A DNA stretch of 64,000 bases from Thermoanaerobaculia bacterium (lineage in GTDB: Bacteria; Acidobacteriota; Thermoanaerobaculia; UBA5066), in contig CAWFJJ010000028.1 of the NCBI GenBank assembly GCA_963816185.1, positions 579,791 through 643,790 on the forward strand, read 5' to 3'. The notes under the pieces are model-generated. The model had not been told where the DNA came from. It was given only the letters and a program-made list of their open reading frames with translations, and searched no databases. The translations under genes and the position numbers were made by a program. Of the stretch, positions 10,647 to 20,958 are shown piece by piece. Numbering within the stretch: the first letter of the stretch is position 1; the number at the start of each line of letters is the position of its first letter.

Positions 10647-12215
10647 TCACCTCAGCCCCATCTCCTCGAGGTCCAGCTCGTACTGGATCCGGTTCAGCAC
10701 GTCGTCGCCGATGACTTCTTCCTTCCTCAGGCGCAGAAGCTGATCGCGCTGCACGTCGAGAGCCTCGCGGCGCAGCGCCTTCGTCGTGCCGACCGTCGCG
10801 AGCCCGGCCGGCGCCTCACCCTCGAGCCCCCTCAGCGCCCGCACCCTCTGCACGTACTCCTGCCTCACGGGATGAACCTGGTGCGCGTGTATCGCGCCCG
10901 CATCCAGCTTCCCGTCGAGATGTCCGATCGCGGCCTCGGCGAGCTTGAGTCGGGCGTGGCGCTCCTCGCGCTCGGCGGTTCGGTCCTCGGCGACCTGAAG
11001 CCAGCGGATGAGGGGCGGCAGCGTGAGGCCCTGGATCAGGAGCGAGCACAGGATGACCGCGAACGTGAGGAAGACGAGAAAGTTGCGCGCCGGGAACGGG
11101 CTTCCGTCCGCGAGGGTGAACGGGAGGGAGAGCGCAGCCGCGAGCGAGACGACGCCGCGCATCCCGGCCCAGCCCACGATCGTCACGCCCTGCCAGGGCG
11201 GGTACGGATGCGTCTTCCGGAAGCTCTCCGAGAGGAATCGCGGCAGATACGCGCCCGGAAACATCCAAACGAGACGGACGAGCACCATGGCGCCGAACGC
11301 CGCGAACACGCCGTCCACGACGGTCGGCCAGGGGCGGTCGAGGCCGCGCAGGATCATGGGAAGCTGAAGCCCGATCAGGACGAAGACGAGCGCGTTGAGC
11401 AGGAACACCAGCGTCTGCCAGACCGCGGCGCCCTCGAGCCGTGTCGCGGACGACCAGATGTGCGGCACGTAACGCCCCTGCAGCAGACCGCCCACGACCA
11501 CGGCGAGGACGCCCGAGACGTGCAGGCGTTCCGCCACGATGTAAATGAGAAAGGAGAAGAGAATCGACGCCGTCGTGGCGAGGATCGGCTCGTCGAGAAA
11601 GCGCTGGACCCAGACGAAGAGGAATCCCATTGCGAGCCCCACCGCAATGCCCCCCGCGACGAGGAGCGCGAACTCGAGCACGCCCGACGCGATCGAGAAC
11701 GAGCCCGTCACGACGGCGGCCGTCGCGAACTTGAGGAGCACGAGGCCCGTGGCGTCGTTCACGAGGCTCTCGCCTTCGAGGATGGTCACGATCTGTCGCG
11801 GAAGATGCAGCCGCTGCGCGATCGCCGTGGCGGCGACGGCGTCCGGCGGGGAGACGATCGCGCCGAGCACGAGGGCGACGGGCCATGCGATTCCCGGGAC
11901 GAGCGCGTGAACGGCCGCCGCGACGGCCGTCGTCGTGGCGATGACGAGGCCCACGGCCAGGAGCGTGATCGAGAACAGATTCGTCCTGAAGTCGCGCCAC
12001 GAAGTGAAGTACCCGGCGGCGTACAGGATCGGCGGCAGAAAGAGCAGGAAGACGAGCTGCGGATCGAGCGTCACGACCGGAAGGGAGGGGATGAATCCCA
12101 GGCCCATCCCCGCGACGACGAGCACGATCGGATACGGCACGTTCACCTTGCGCGCGAGAAAAGCGAGCGCCGTCGTGAGGACGAGAAGGGTCAGGATCGT
12201 TTCGACCGTGCGCAC
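10647..12215 (-). CDS. Na+/H+ antiporter, CPA1 family
   Basis: FLPPILY, SPPDAVA, ILEGESLVNDA and GMRGVVSLAAAL motifs; about 12 TM; GTG start near 12215. Confidence 0.92.
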   Translation of the reverse strand: MRTVETILTLLVLTTALAFLARKVNVPYPIVLVVAGMGLGFIPSLPVVTLDPQLVFLLFLPPILYAAGYFTSWRDFRTNLFSITLLAVGLVIATTTAVAAAVHALVPGIAWPVALVLGAIVSPPDAVAATAIAQRLHLPRQIVTILEGESLVNDATGLVLLKFATAAVVTGSFSIASGVLEFALLVAGGIAVGLAMGFLFVWVQRFLDEPILATTASILFSFLIYIVAERLHVSGVLAVVVGGLLQGRYVPHIWSSATRLEGAAVWQTLVFLLNALVFVLIGLQLPMILRGLDRPWPTVVDGVFAAFGAMVLVRLVWMFPGAYLPRFLSESFRKTHPYPPWQGVTIVGWAGMRGVVSLAAALSLPFTLADGSPFPARNFLVFLTFAVILCSLLIQGLTLPPLIRWLQVAEDRTAEREERHARLKLAEAAIGHLDGKLDAGAIHAHQVHPVRQEYVQRVRALRGLEGEAPAGLATVGTTKALRREALDVQRDQLLRLRKEEVIGDDVLNRIQYELDLEEMGLR

Positions 12216-12249
12216 ACCCGATTCTCGCTTACAATCGGAGTTCAACATC

Positions 12250-12946
12250 ATGTCGGGACGCACGGCCATCGTGGCGGGCGCCAGCGGTCTCGTAGGCGGG
12301 CAATGCCTGCGCCGCCTTCTGGCGAGCGGCCTCCACGAGCACGTCGTCGCGTTCGTCCGCGGCCCGCTCAGCGTGACTCACAAGCGGCTGGAGCAGCGGA
12401 CGGTCGACTTCGAGAGGCTCGGCCGGATGTCGGCTTTCCCCCGCGTTCAGGATGTCTTCTGCTGCCTCGGCACGACGATGAAGAAGGCGGGTTCCGAGGC
12501 TGGCGTTCCGGAAGGTCGACTACGAGTATGTGGTGCGCCTCGCGGAAACTTCCCTCCGCACGGGCGCGGACCATTTCTATCTCGTGAGCGCCATCGGCGC
12601 CGACCCGAAGTCACGAATCTTCTACAGCCGCGTGAAAGGCGAGGCCGAAGACTCCGTCGCGAAGCTCGGCTTCCAGGGGCTGCACATCTTCCGGCCGTCG
12701 TTCCTGATCGGCCACAGGACCGAAAAGCGCCCGGGAGAGGCGGCCGGGATCGTGGCCGCGCGCCTCTTTTCCTTCGTGCTCGTCGGGCCGGCCCGGAAGT
12801 ACCGGCCGATCAAGGTCGACACGGTCGCGCGCGCGATGGTCGCGGTCGCGCACGAGCGCCCCGCCGGCACGCACATTTACACGGCCGACGAGATGGAGGG
12901 GCTCGCGACCCTTACGAACCCGCTGCCTTTTGGACGGCCGCCTTGA
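12250..12946 (+). CDS. NAD(P)-binding oxidoreductase, TIP30/YraR-like (frameshift near 12502)
   Basis: GASGLVG Rossmann motif, FCCLGTTMKKAGS, then FRKVDY..VSAIGAD..FYSRVKGE..RPS in the next frame. Confidence 0.82.
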
Positions 12947-13529
12947 GATCTCCGTACGCCACGCTTCCCGCCGAAAGGTCGTCGAGCGTGGGAACGGTGA
13001 GCGCGTGCTGCCCCGTCACGAGCGCCTCGAGCTTCGACGTCGGAGGGACGAAGAAGCGCCATTGGCTGAGGTCGAGCGGGTCGACCGTGGCCCGTTCGAC
13101 GTAATCGAGGAGCGCGAAGACGTAGACCTGCGCGCGGTGCGCGGTGTGCTGAGGGCCCACCGCCCGGCCGTGCGAGGGGTGAACCTGCGGTACGAAGATG
13201 ACCTTTGACAAATCCCGCTGGTGAAACGTCTTGAGAAACGAAGCGGATTTGACCCGAACCTCGACGCCGTCCGGCGTCACGAGGTCGAGCGACGAGTGCT
13301 CATCGCGCGGCCCCTCCGCGTGTGCGCCGAGGGCAGTCGCCACGATGAACTCGGCGAGCCGCGCCCGCGTCAGGCTGTTGAGGAGATCGGACTCGCTCCA
13401 CCGCCAGAAGTCCAGCAGTGTCACGCCGAGCGGCCCCCAGGAGCACCGGAAAGGCTCGGAGCCGGTCAGGGCTCCCGAAAGGCCGACCGGTCCGGCCACA
13501 GGCTGCTCGAGGACTTTTTCGGTAGCCAT
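12912..13529 (-). CDS. Conserved hypothetical protein, possible PD-(D/E)XK nuclease-like fold
   Basis: DFWRWS.SDL...R..LAEFIVA and DLVTPDG...VKS pattern. Confidence 0.55.
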   Translation of the reverse strand: MATEKVLEQPVAGPVGLSGALTGSEPFRCSWGPLGVTLLDFWRWSESDLLNSLTRARLAEFIVATALGAHAEGPRDEHSSLDLVTPDGVEVRVKSASFLKTFHQRDLSKVIFVPQVHPSHGRAVGPQHTAHRAQVYVFALLDYVERATVDPLDLSQWRFFVPPTSKLEALVTGQHALTVPTLDDLSAGSVAYGDLKAAVQKAAGS

Positions 13530-13607
13530 GTAAGTACCAACAGGCTACAAGCTCGGCGCAGAATGAGAATGATCAAGGTGCTCTAGATCTCGGCTTTGAG
13601 GTCGCCT

Positions 13608-13943
13608 TCAACGACCGTCAGCCGGAGGCAAGAGCGGGGGTTCCGCCGGAGGGCCCTGCGTCGGAGCACCGGTTCGACCCGTTCGCCGGGTGACGAAAAG
13701 CACCGCGAGCGTCCACGTCGGGGCGAGGTCGATCCCTGGGACGAGCTCGGCAAGGAAGGCCGGAAAGAAGGCCCAATGCCATCCGAGAAGAGCGACCATC
13801 GCGGCCCCGACCGCGAGGTCGAGCGCCGCGTCGACGACCTCGAGGGCGCCTCCGGCGAAGAGCGGCAGCAGCCCGATTTGAACGGCATCGGCCGCGACCG
13901 CGATGATTCGCGCGGCGAGGACGCGGCGTTGCGCTTCTTGCAC
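13608..13943 (-). CDS. Small membrane protein
   Basis: Hydrophobic helices, LLGWHWAFFPAFLAELVPGIDLAPTWT; TAACGT just upstream. Confidence 0.6.
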   Translation of the reverse strand: MQEAQRRVLAARIIAVAADAVQIGLLPLFAGGALEVVDAALDLAVGAAMVALLGWHWAFFPAFLAELVPGIDLAPTWTLAVLFVTRRTGRTGAPTQGPPAEPPLLPPADGR

Positions 13944-14007
13944 GCGAGCACGTTAGGCTCGGCGGGCGGCGGCGGTCAACGAGCGCGACCCCGAAGCGGT
14001 ATCCGGC

Positions 14008-15054
14008 CTACTTCAGCCTCGCGAGGATTCCCGTGATGCGCTTTTTCTGGTCCTCCGGGGCCATGGCCAACGCCTTCTGGTAGCTCTCGCGCGCGCCCTT
14101 CACGTCGCCGGCCTTCTCGAGCCCTTCCCCGAGGCTGTCCCAGACGTTCCAGGACTGCGGGTGGTCTTTCGTGTTCTTGCGGAACATTTCGAGGGCTTCG
14201 GCGGTCTTGTTGTCCCCGAGGAGCTGGTACCCGAGGGAGTTCACGTCCACCTCGGTCGCGAGCGGCATCGCCTCGGCCCGTAGCTGGGCGGCGTCCTTCG
14301 CGTCGCCCTTCTTCTCGAGGAGCGCGCCTTCGTGCGCAGGTTCGCGAACGTCTTCTGCATCTTGATCGACCGGTCCACCCACGCCATCGCCTCGTCCGTC
14401 GTGACGTCGTTGCGGGCGCACCAGGCGGCAGCCTGATTCCAGCCCTGCCAGGAGAAGCGCGGCAGTCCGCGAAGCTGCTCGCGAAGATTCGCAAGCGTGA
14501 CCTGTTTCGCGTCGATCGCGATCGGGACCGCGACGCGGAGCTTTTCCCAACGCAGCGCGAGGGCCGTGGCGTCGTTCGTGGGCTCGTCGAAGGTGAAGAC
14601 GAGCCGCTCGACGAACTCCGCCGGCTCCGGCCTGACGCTCACGCGGACGACGTCCTCCTTCTGGTCGTAGCTGAAGCTGCCCCAGGCTTTCGACTCCGAG
14701 CTCAGGATGACCGTCCAGTCGCTTTCCTGAGGCAGCATGTGGAGTCCGTACGTGCCCGCCGGCACCGCCTTCCCGCCGAACGTGAACGGCGTCGAGGCGG
14801 TGAGCGTCGTGTTCTCGTTCGCGCCGGCGCGCCAGACGTCGCCGTACGGCACGAGCGCGCCCCAGATCTTCCGCTTGTTCACGGCGGGGCGGTGATACGT
14901 GACTTTGAATTCCGCCAGTCCGATCGTCCTGGGTGACGGACGCCTCCGGGCTTGCCTGCGGCAGCACGATCGGCTGCGGCTGGGCGGAGGCGGCAGGGGC
15001 AAAAGCGAGAAAAACGGGGACGAAAGCGATCAGGGCGGTTCGGACGCGTTTCAT
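14008..15054 (-). CDS. DUF2911 domain protein with C-terminal TPR (two frameshifts)
   Basis: Signal peptide, PQASP, YHRPAV..R.IWGALVPYG..WRAGANENT, then TPR INSLGY-like segment and NVWDSLGE. Confidence 0.8.
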   Translation of the reverse strand: MKRVRTALIAFVPVFLAFAPAASAQPQPIVLPQASPEASVTQDDRTGGIQSHVSPPRREQAEDLGRARAVRRRLARRREREHDAHRLDAVHVRREGGAGGHVRTPHAASGKRLDGHPELGVESLGQLQLRPEGGRRPRERQAGAGGVRRAARLHLRRAHERRHGPRAALGKAPRRGPDRDRRETGHACESSRAASRTAALLLAGLESGCRLVRPQRRHDGRGDGVGGPVDQDAEDVREPAHEGALLEKKGDAKDAAQLRAEAMPLATEVDVNSLGYQLLGDNKTAEALEMFRKNTKDHPQSWNVWDSLGEGLEKAGDVKGARESYQKALAMAPEDQKKRITGILARLK

Positions 15055-15205
15055 GGAATGCCTCCCTTCGGGCAATGCCGTTTTTCTTAGAGGGTGAATA
15101 CGGAATGCTCTCCGCAGGGTTTCGGCGCAGCGCATGCGGGGCGTGGCGCCTTGGCTCCCTTCCTCGCGGCAGCCATTCACCGACACAGGTCTTATCATCG
15201 CGGGC

Positions 15206-15619
15206 ATGGCTCCTTCCGCGAAGCGCAGATCCGCCTCGCCGGGCAAGCGGACCGCCGGGGCGGCCCCGAAACGGCCCGGGTTGTCGTCGTCCAAGCCGTT
15301 CCTTCGTTTCTATGTCCCGGCGGACCTGAGCAAGAAGACGCTTTCGGTCCTCAACACGCTCGAGGAGGCTCCGGACGCCACCTTGTACCGTGACGCCCTG
15401 GCGGACGTCGTCGTGGAGCTGACGAACAGCGGCATGGACTACTACTTCATGAAGCCGCTGAAGCTCGCGAAGGCCGGCTTCATCGTGCAGCAAACGGCGG
15501 ACCTCGGCCTGGCAGGCGCGCTGCGGGTGATGGGATCCGTTATCCGTAACATCATCACCCGCATGGATGGGCCTCAACTGCTGTCGGTCTGCGCCTCCAT
15601 CCGGCAGTTCATGCTTTGA
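15206..15619 (+). CDS. Hypothetical protein
   Basis: ORF with typical GC3 bias and non-shadow amino acid composition. Confidence 0.55.
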   Translation: MAPSAKRRSASPGKRTAGAAPKRPGLSSSKPFLRFYVPADLSKKTLSVLNTLEEAPDATLYRDALADVVVELTNSGMDYYFMKPLKLAKAGFIVQQTADLGLAGALRVMGSVIRNIITRMDGPQLLSVCASIRQFML

Positions 15620-15634
15620 AGCTCCCGCCGCGCC

Positions 15635-17389
15635 TTACCTTCCGACGAACGTCCTCTTTTCCTCGAGCTTCCCGTCGCGCAGGGTGTAGAGGCGGTCGGC
15701 GGCGACGGCCTCGAAGCGCGCCGCGGGCTCGGTCTTTCCCGGCGGGATGACATCGATCGTCGCCACCGTCGCGTCGCCCAGCCCGAAGTGCAAGGGCACC
15801 CATGACCCCGAGGCGTACGAGGGCCGGAGAATGAACTCCTGCACTTGCCGGACGCCGCCCGCCGTCACGACGACCTTCGTCCCGAGGACGGTCCGGCGGT
15901 CGGCCCCCGCGACCGGCAGGATCTCGAGCGCATGGGTATGCGACGCCGTGGAGTTCCTCATGAGGCGGATGCCGCCCACGATCGCCCCGATCGCGACGTC
16001 GAGCCGCCCGTCGCCGTCCACGTCGCCGGCCGCGAGCCCCCGGGCCGAGAGGCGCAGGGCCGCCCAGTCGCCCGATCCGGCCGTGACATCCGCGAGGCGG
16101 CCGCCCCCTTCGTTGCGCCAGACGAGCGGCGGCTGCTTGTAGTGGTGGTCGCCGAGGCCGTAGACGCCCAGGCCGTTCTTGCGGAAGAACTTCGCGAACG
16201 TGAGGAGGATGCGTGGTACGAGGTGGCCGGACGCCGCCACGAGATCCACGCGGCCGTCGTCGTCGAAGTCCGCGAAGTCGGCTCCCCATTGGACATACGG
16301 GAAAGAGGCGCGGTCCACCCCGGAAGCCTCCGTCGCATCGTCGAAGAGAACGCCGTCCACGTTTCGATACAGCGTGTCCGGCTCTCCGGCGAAATTCGTC
16401 ACGAGAATATCCGGCCGCTCGTCGCCGTCCACGTCGCCGATCGCGATCCCCATGCCGGCGCGCGCGATCTTCTGCTCGCGCGCGCCCGCGCCAGCTTCCA
16501 CCGTCACATCCTCGAAAGTGCCATCTCCGCGGTTGTGGTAGAGAACGTTCGGCACGCGGTCGTTCGTGACGTAGAGATCGGGCCGGCCGTCGCCGTCGTA
16601 GTCGAAGAAGACCGCGCCGAGACCACGGCCGCCCGCGTTCGTGACGCCCGCGGACTTCGAGCTCTCGTGGAAACGCCCCTCCGAATCCTGCACGAGGAGG
16701 GTTGCCGGCTGGCCGTCGTAGTCTTCCGGCATGCGCACCTGGAGCGACGGAAACGACTGCTCTTTCTTGTAGTCCGTATCGAGATACCCGACGACGTAGA
16801 GGTCGACGCGACCGTCCCCGTCGATATCACCCGCCGCGAGGCCCACGGCATAGCCCGGCGCAACGAGCCCGCGCGCGGCGCTCTCCTCGCGAAACGTCCC
16901 ATCCCCGAGGTTCTTCCACAGCGACGTCCTGCCCACTCCCGTGACGATGAGATCGAGGCGTCCCGAGCCGTCGAGGTCCACCCACGACGCGCCCATCGTC
17001 CAGCCGCACGATCGGATTCCGGAGTGCGCCGTGACGTCCTCGAACGTCCCGTCGCCGCGGTTGCGGTAGAGGACGCCGCAAGGCCCCGCATCCGGCTTCT
17101 TGCCGTTCGAAACGGAGCCCGTGAAGAAGAGGTCCAGGAATCCGTCGCCGTCGAAATCCCCCATCGCTACGGCCGCGCCCATGGTCCCGAGGTTCCGCCC
17201 CCGGCGGAGGTCGGTGTGGTATTTGAACTTCAGCCCGGCGCGCTTCGTCACGTCGGTGAAGCGGATTGGGGGAAGAGGAGGAGAAGAGGAAGATTCTGTG
17301 AATGGGTAAGAGGGACTGGGCGACAAGAGAAGCGCGGCGAGTGCGGCTGTTGTGAGGGAATTCACCCTTCTAAGAAAAAACATCCTCAC
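15635..17389 (-). CDS. CRTAC1/ASPIC-UnbV family FG-GAP repeat protein
   Basis: Multiple DxDGDGxxD repeats, LYRNRGDGTFEDVT, C-terminal LHFGLG. Confidence 0.88.
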   Translation of the reverse strand: MRMFFLRRVNSLTTAALAALLLSPSPSYPFTESSSSPPLPPIRFTDVTKRAGLKFKYHTDLRRGRNLGTMGAAVAMGDFDGDGFLDLFFTGSVSNGKKPDAGPCGVLYRNRGDGTFEDVTAHSGIRSCGWTMGASWVDLDGSGRLDLIVTGVGRTSLWKNLGDGTFREESAARGLVAPGYAVGLAAGDIDGDGRVDLYVVGYLDTDYKKEQSFPSLQVRMPEDYDGQPATLLVQDSEGRFHESSKSAGVTNAGGRGLGAVFFDYDGDGRPDLYVTNDRVPNVLYHNRGDGTFEDVTVEAGAGAREQKIARAGMGIAIGDVDGDERPDILVTNFAGEPDTLYRNVDGVLFDDATEASGVDRASFPYVQWGADFADFDDDGRVDLVAASGHLVPRILLTFAKFFRKNGLGVYGLGDHHYKQPPLVWRNEGGGRLADVTAGSGDWAALRLSARGLAAGDVDGDGRLDVAIGAIVGGIRLMRNSTASHTHALEILPVAGADRRTVLGTKVVVTAGGVRQVQEFILRPSYASGSWVPLHFGLGDATVATIDVIPPGKTEPAARFEAVAADRLYTLRDGKLEEKRTFVGR

Positions 17390-17441
17390 CCGCGCCCCAC
17401 TGTAGGTCGTCGCAGTCGGCCCGGTTCACGAGCGAGCAAGA

Positions 17442-20400
17442 TTATCTTTCCCCCAGAGCCTCTCTGAAGCGTTCCGGCCCGACCTTTCGCGTGAGCGTCT
17501 CCTCGAGGAACTTCGGATCGGGATGGTGCTCGGAGGGGGGATAGGGGTATGCCGACATCGCATGGAAAGGCCAGGGCTCGTACGACTGGCCCGTGACGGT
17601 GTTCTTGTCGAAGTCCTTGTCCCAGCCGTCGGACACGAGGATCCAGTCGCGGCGCCAGCCGGGCGCGAGCGGCGGCAGGTTGGAGGCGTCGTACGCGATG
17701 TGAATCGCGTCTCCGCCCTTGAACGCGACCCAGCGGTCGTCGGTTTTCGCGAGGAGCTCCGTGACGTCGCCGAGGCGCGTGACGCGGCCGGCCAAGTCCT
17801 CCCAGCGCGGAGCGGTCGAGACGTCGCCGTGGTCGAACACTTCAGGGCCGTCGGGCGTCTCGCGATATCCGCGCGGGAAGCCGCGCTCGGTGAGGACGGC
17901 CGAGGACGGCGCGAGCGCAGTCGTGACGACCTCGACCGCGGGATCGTTCACCGTGACGAACGCCTCGTCCCAGAAAATCGCCATCGTCGTTCGAATGCGC
18001 ACGCGCGGGTCTTTCGGGTCGATGAGGCCGGTGAGGTCGACGGGCATCGTCTTGGTCTTGCCCGCCGGGAACCCGAACGACTCCATCGCGACCTTCCAGC
18101 CGCCCGCGCCATCCGGAACCTCGAGGATCGGGGGAAAATGCTCGAGGTCTTTCCGCTGCGAGAGGGAGACGTTGATGGATGTATCCGTGTAGAAGATCCA
18201 GCCGGTGAGGAAGAGGACGATGCGATCCCCTGCCTTCACGTCGCCGAGGTCGAGCACCAGGGAGTGCTCCTGCCTCACGCCCTGATAGAACATCTCGGGC
18301 CCGGGGCCGACGTAGACGTGATCGCGGTGCGCGAGGCGAGAGGTCACATCCTCGAGGCGGCCGGAGGCGTCCGAGAAGGCGGCGCGCAAGGGCCTCGGGT
18401 GCGCTACCGTGAAGAGCTTCTTCTCCGGGACGCCTGGAATCGTCCGCTCGTTCGGGACGACGCCCGTGCCCTCGGGATGGTCCACGGCCACGAGCGTCGC
18501 CTCGTCGAGGTACGCGACCTCCCACAGCTCCTCGGTGTAGTCGAGGAGAAGGCGGCGATTCGCGTCCGGCTTCAAGGTCTCGCCGTCGATGAAGAGCCAC
18601 TCGCGCGTGTCCGCACCTGCGAGGTGGACCCCGTCGTAGAGGAGACCGATCGGAGAACGCCCGAGCGCGTCCGAGACGAAGGTCCACACTCCGGTCTCGC
18701 CGTTGCGAGCGTAAACGAACGGGCACGAGCCCTTGAGCTGCTGAACCTCCTTCACGACGGATTTCGATCTCTGGTCGAAGATGTTTTGCGGCACGCCGTT
18801 CGTCCAGGTGGCTCGCACGACGTCGGCTTTCGTGCGCGTGCCGAGGCCGAAATGCGTGGGCGGAATTGCCACCGTACGCGCGACGTACAGATTTCCCGCC
18901 TTCACCTCGACGAGGCTGCCGATGCCGCGCTTGTTCACCTTGCCGGATCCCGTTTGCAGCCCCTCGAGAACGACGTCCAGCCAGCCGTTCGCGTTGCCGC
19001 CGTCGTTGATGAGGACGCTGGTTCTGCCGCCGGCCGAGACGAGGAGGTCGAGATCCCCGTCCTTATCGACGTCGTATGCGAGGAGAGCCTCGATGTTCGT
19101 AAGGCTCGAAGAGAACGAAGAAGAGGATTTCTTAGAAGGGGAAGAGAAGATGGGCCACGCCGGAAATTCGACCGCCGCCCTCGTTGCGGAAGGCGTGGAG
19201 CTCGCCGCCCGCGGTCGCGGCGATGACGTCCGGGAATCCGTCGTTGTCGAAGTCGGCCAGCACCACCGCGTGCATTGCGACCTGTGCGGGCGCCCCGGTC
19301 GCGGCACCCCGGCCAGCCCGTGCGAATTCCTGCCCCGTGCCTTCTAAGAAACTCCCATCCCCTTTTCCCAACAGCAGCCGTAACCCTTTCGACGTGGCGA
19401 CGACCATGTCCGGGATGCCGTCCGCGTTCACGTCCTCGACCGCGAGATCAACCGCGCCTGCCACCCCGAGCGGGACGCTCCGGAAGACGCCCTGGCGGAG
19501 ATTCAGCCGCAGGACGAGATCGCCCTTCGTGTCGATCGTGACGAGGTCCGGGTCGCCGTCGCGGTCCACGTCGGAGACGACGACTTTCCTCGAGGTGAAC
19601 CTCGCGTCGCCCGTCTTCGCGGTCACGTCCGTGAACGTGCCGTCGAGGTTGTTGCGGAGGAGCTGGTCGGGTTTGCCGCCGCCCAAGAGGTAGACGTCGA
19701 GGTCGCCGTCGAGATCGAAGTCGAAGAAGGCGGCGGCCGTGTACGGCGCGGGAATCGGATAGAGAACGGCCGTGCCGGAGTTCGCCAGATCCACCTTTCT
19801 AAGCAATCTCCCGAGGTCCTCCTCGGACGCAGCCGGCGCACGGAAGGAGACCGGAATAGCCGCACCCGCGCCCGCGCGCAGCCCCTCCTCCACCTTCGGA
19901 GAAAACCTCTCGACGGGCAGGCCCATGACCTGCGTGAAGACCTCTCCGAGCGACTGCTGGTAGCGCGGCGTGACGCGCAGGACGTTCTCGAGGACACGGA
20001 CCTTGACGCTAGCGCCTTTGACGTCGCCGCCGCCGACGAGCGCCCTGGCCTGCGCGAGAAACTGGCGCGCTCGGGCGTCGCCGTCCGAGACGAGGGGGTC
20101 GAGCTCCGCGAGACCCTTCGACAGCGCGGCCGCGTCTCCCGCTTCCCCCTCGAGGACGAGCAGCTTCAGGCGCGCGGGCAGGTTCGAGGGCGAGCGGGCG
20201 ACGATCTCGGCGAGGCGCGTGCGCCGGGCCGCCTTGTCGGCCGGCGACGCCGCCGGGTCTGTCTCCACGCTTCGCGCGAATCGCCAGCGCGACTCGAGGT
20301 CGTGAGGGTCGAGGGACGCCGCCTTGTCGAACGCGGCGCGGGTGCCCGCGGGCCGGTTTCGCTCGTTCTCGATGACCGCGCGAATCGCGTAGAGGTCCGC

Positions 20401-20769
20401 CCGCTCTCCCAGCGCGAGCGCCTTGCCGAGGAGAGCTTCCGCGCCCGGAAGATCCTTCTCGCGCAGGGCGGCGATCGCGCCGTTCGCGAGCGGCAGCGCT
20501 TCGCCCGGCACCGCGTCCGCCAGTTTCGCGAACGTCGAGCGGGCCTCCTTCGGCTTGTCCTCCTCGAGCTGAGCGAGCCCCACGTTGCGCAGCGTCAGGA
20601 TGCGCGACGCCTGCTCGGGGGAGAAACGGGGAGAAGAGGGATTTTCTGCTGAAGAGGAAGACGACATTCCCACGGCGGCGGCTACGAGGCTCGCGGCGAG
20701 CATCGGGAGACGTCCGAGGAGAGACCGGTTCTGAGAAGGGGGACCGACGAAGGAGCGAATCCGACTCAT
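17442..20769 (-). CDS. Large TPR + FG-GAP + ASPIC/UnbV protein with extended C-terminal domain (frameshift near 19270)
   Basis: ORF 19132..20769 (TPR, FG-GAP) joins ORF 17442..19307 (HFGLG, KGSCP, GFPAGK, GWDKD). Confidence 0.8.
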
Positions 20770-20786
20770 CGAGACGCATTATTGCC

Positions 20787-20882
20787 GGAGATGCTCCTCG
20801 GCCGCCGGGAGTCAAGGGTCATCGACCGCTACGCGGCGCGCGGAGCGCGCCCTTGACACCCGCCGGCCGAGGAACACATTCC
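20787..20882. repeat. Imperfect inverted repeat of about 32 bp, each arm containing TTGAC
   Basis: 20787-20818 reverse complement CCCTTGACTCCCGGCGGCCGAGGAGCATCTCC vs 20850-20882 CCCTTGACACCCGCCGGCCGAGGAACACATTCC. Confidence 0.7.
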
Positions 20883-20888
20883 AACTAT

Positions 20889-20912
20889 CGGCGGCTGCAT
20901 TCGCAGCCGCCG
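20889..20912. terminator. Perfect 10-bp GC hairpin; possible terminator or RNA-stabilising stem
   Basis: CGGCGGCTGC-ATTC-GCAGCCGCCG, intergenic; no immediately adjacent U-tract. Confidence 0.45.
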
Positions 20913-20958
20913 CATATAAGAAGAGTTTCCTCTTCCGTTCTCCCTTCGGCTTCTTTCT

